Shown piece after piece: positions 63,778-64,000 of a stretch of DNA of 64,000 nt. The translations under genes were made by a program, and so were the position numbers. The stretch's first letter is position 1, and each line of letters opens with the position of its first letter. The stretch is from positions 10,348 through 74,347 of the forward strand of contig CASETY010000002.1 in NCBI GenBank assembly GCA_949291115.1, in the 5' to 3' direction. Below the pieces are notes generated by a model that was given only the letters and a program-made list of their open reading frames with translations, had not been told where the DNA came from and did no database searches. The stretch is from an uncultured bacterium. GTDB lineage: Bacteria > Bacillota_I > Bacilli_A > Acholeplasmatales > Anaeroplasmataceae.

Positions 63778-64000
63778 CTAAAATGGTAAATCATTGTCAT
63801 CTATGTCCATATCAGCAATACCTGTATTTGGACTATCCATAGGTGCTTGTTCATAACTTGGTTGAACATAACTTGGTCTTTCAACTGGTTGATTATAAGT
63901 TGGTTGAGGATTTACATTTTGAGTTTGACGTGGTGTTAAATTTTCAACACGGTCACATAAAACTTCCATAGTATAATGCATCATACCATCTTGACCTTGA
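63778..64000 (-). CDS. ssb: Single-stranded DNA-binding protein, C-terminal part (5' end outside window)
   Basis: It has a Pro/Gln/Tyr-rich linker and the acidic tip ...DIDDNDLPF. It sits upstream of rpsR, as in rpsF-ssb-rpsR operons, and the frame stays open to the window edge. Confidence 0.85.
   Translation of the reverse strand, partial: QGQDGMMHYTMEVLCDRVENLTPRQTQNVNPQPTYNQPVERPSYVQPSYEQAPMDSPNTGIADMDIDDNDLPF

Overview
This is a strongly AT-rich, gene-dense chromosomal segment from a low-GC Gram-positive-lineage bacterium (Bacillota or Mycoplasmatota-like). It uses the standard genetic code: TGA serves as a stop (e.g. at 14304) and Trp is TGG. Almost every gene is on the minus strand. 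Most of the window is core housekeeping with Bacillus-like gene order. This includes pyrG (partial), rplK-rplA-rplJ-rplL-ybxB-like methyltransferase-(MATE)-rpoB-rpoC, rpsL-rpsG-fusA-tuf, and tatD-htrA-CDF. It also includes gap, nadK, yjbK-like CYTH, spx, trpS, tsaC-prmC-prfA, and dnaB-rplI-gdpP-rpsR-ssb (partial). Metabolic and transport genes include threonine aldolase-like, Xaa-Pro peptidase, LrgAB, an ABC-F ATPase, a cation:proton antiporter and a LysR regulator. Others are a CyuA-like cysteine desulfidase, SDR, YhhQ/VUT transporter, xylAB, a HAD hydrolase, nifJ-type pyruvate:ferredoxin oxidoreductase, cspA, pepT, an amino-acid ABC transporter and a GH105 hydrolase. I recognise several cis-regulatory RNAs by eye. 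These are a Trp T-box before trpS, a lysine (L-box) riboswitch before the ABC transporter, a preQ1-I riboswitch before yhhQ-SDR, an L10 leader, paired L1-site-like elements before rplK and rplA, and a pyrG GGGC/terminator attenuator. Two tRNAs are present, Arg-CCU and Thr-GGU. Accessory or decayed material is limited to a phd-doc toxin-antitoxin pair next to tRNA-Arg with a gutted ATPase pseudogene, an orphan IS66-TnpA-like ORF, and an ABC exporter with an in-frame stop inside Walker A. The most unusual observations are four. First, gdpP reads without a stop codon into rplI, giving an 811-codon GdpP-L9 ORF. Second, an SDR oxidoreductase is co-transcribed with yhhQ under the preQ1 riboswitch. 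Third, an insertion of about 115 aa sits in the ATPase of the lysine-riboswitch-controlled ABC transporter. Fourth, an orphan Wzz-like protein and a membrane protein lie between that transporter and gap. I saw no CRISPR array, integrase, or obvious multi-gene defence system. All calls come from reading the sequence and ORF translations only; no searches were run.
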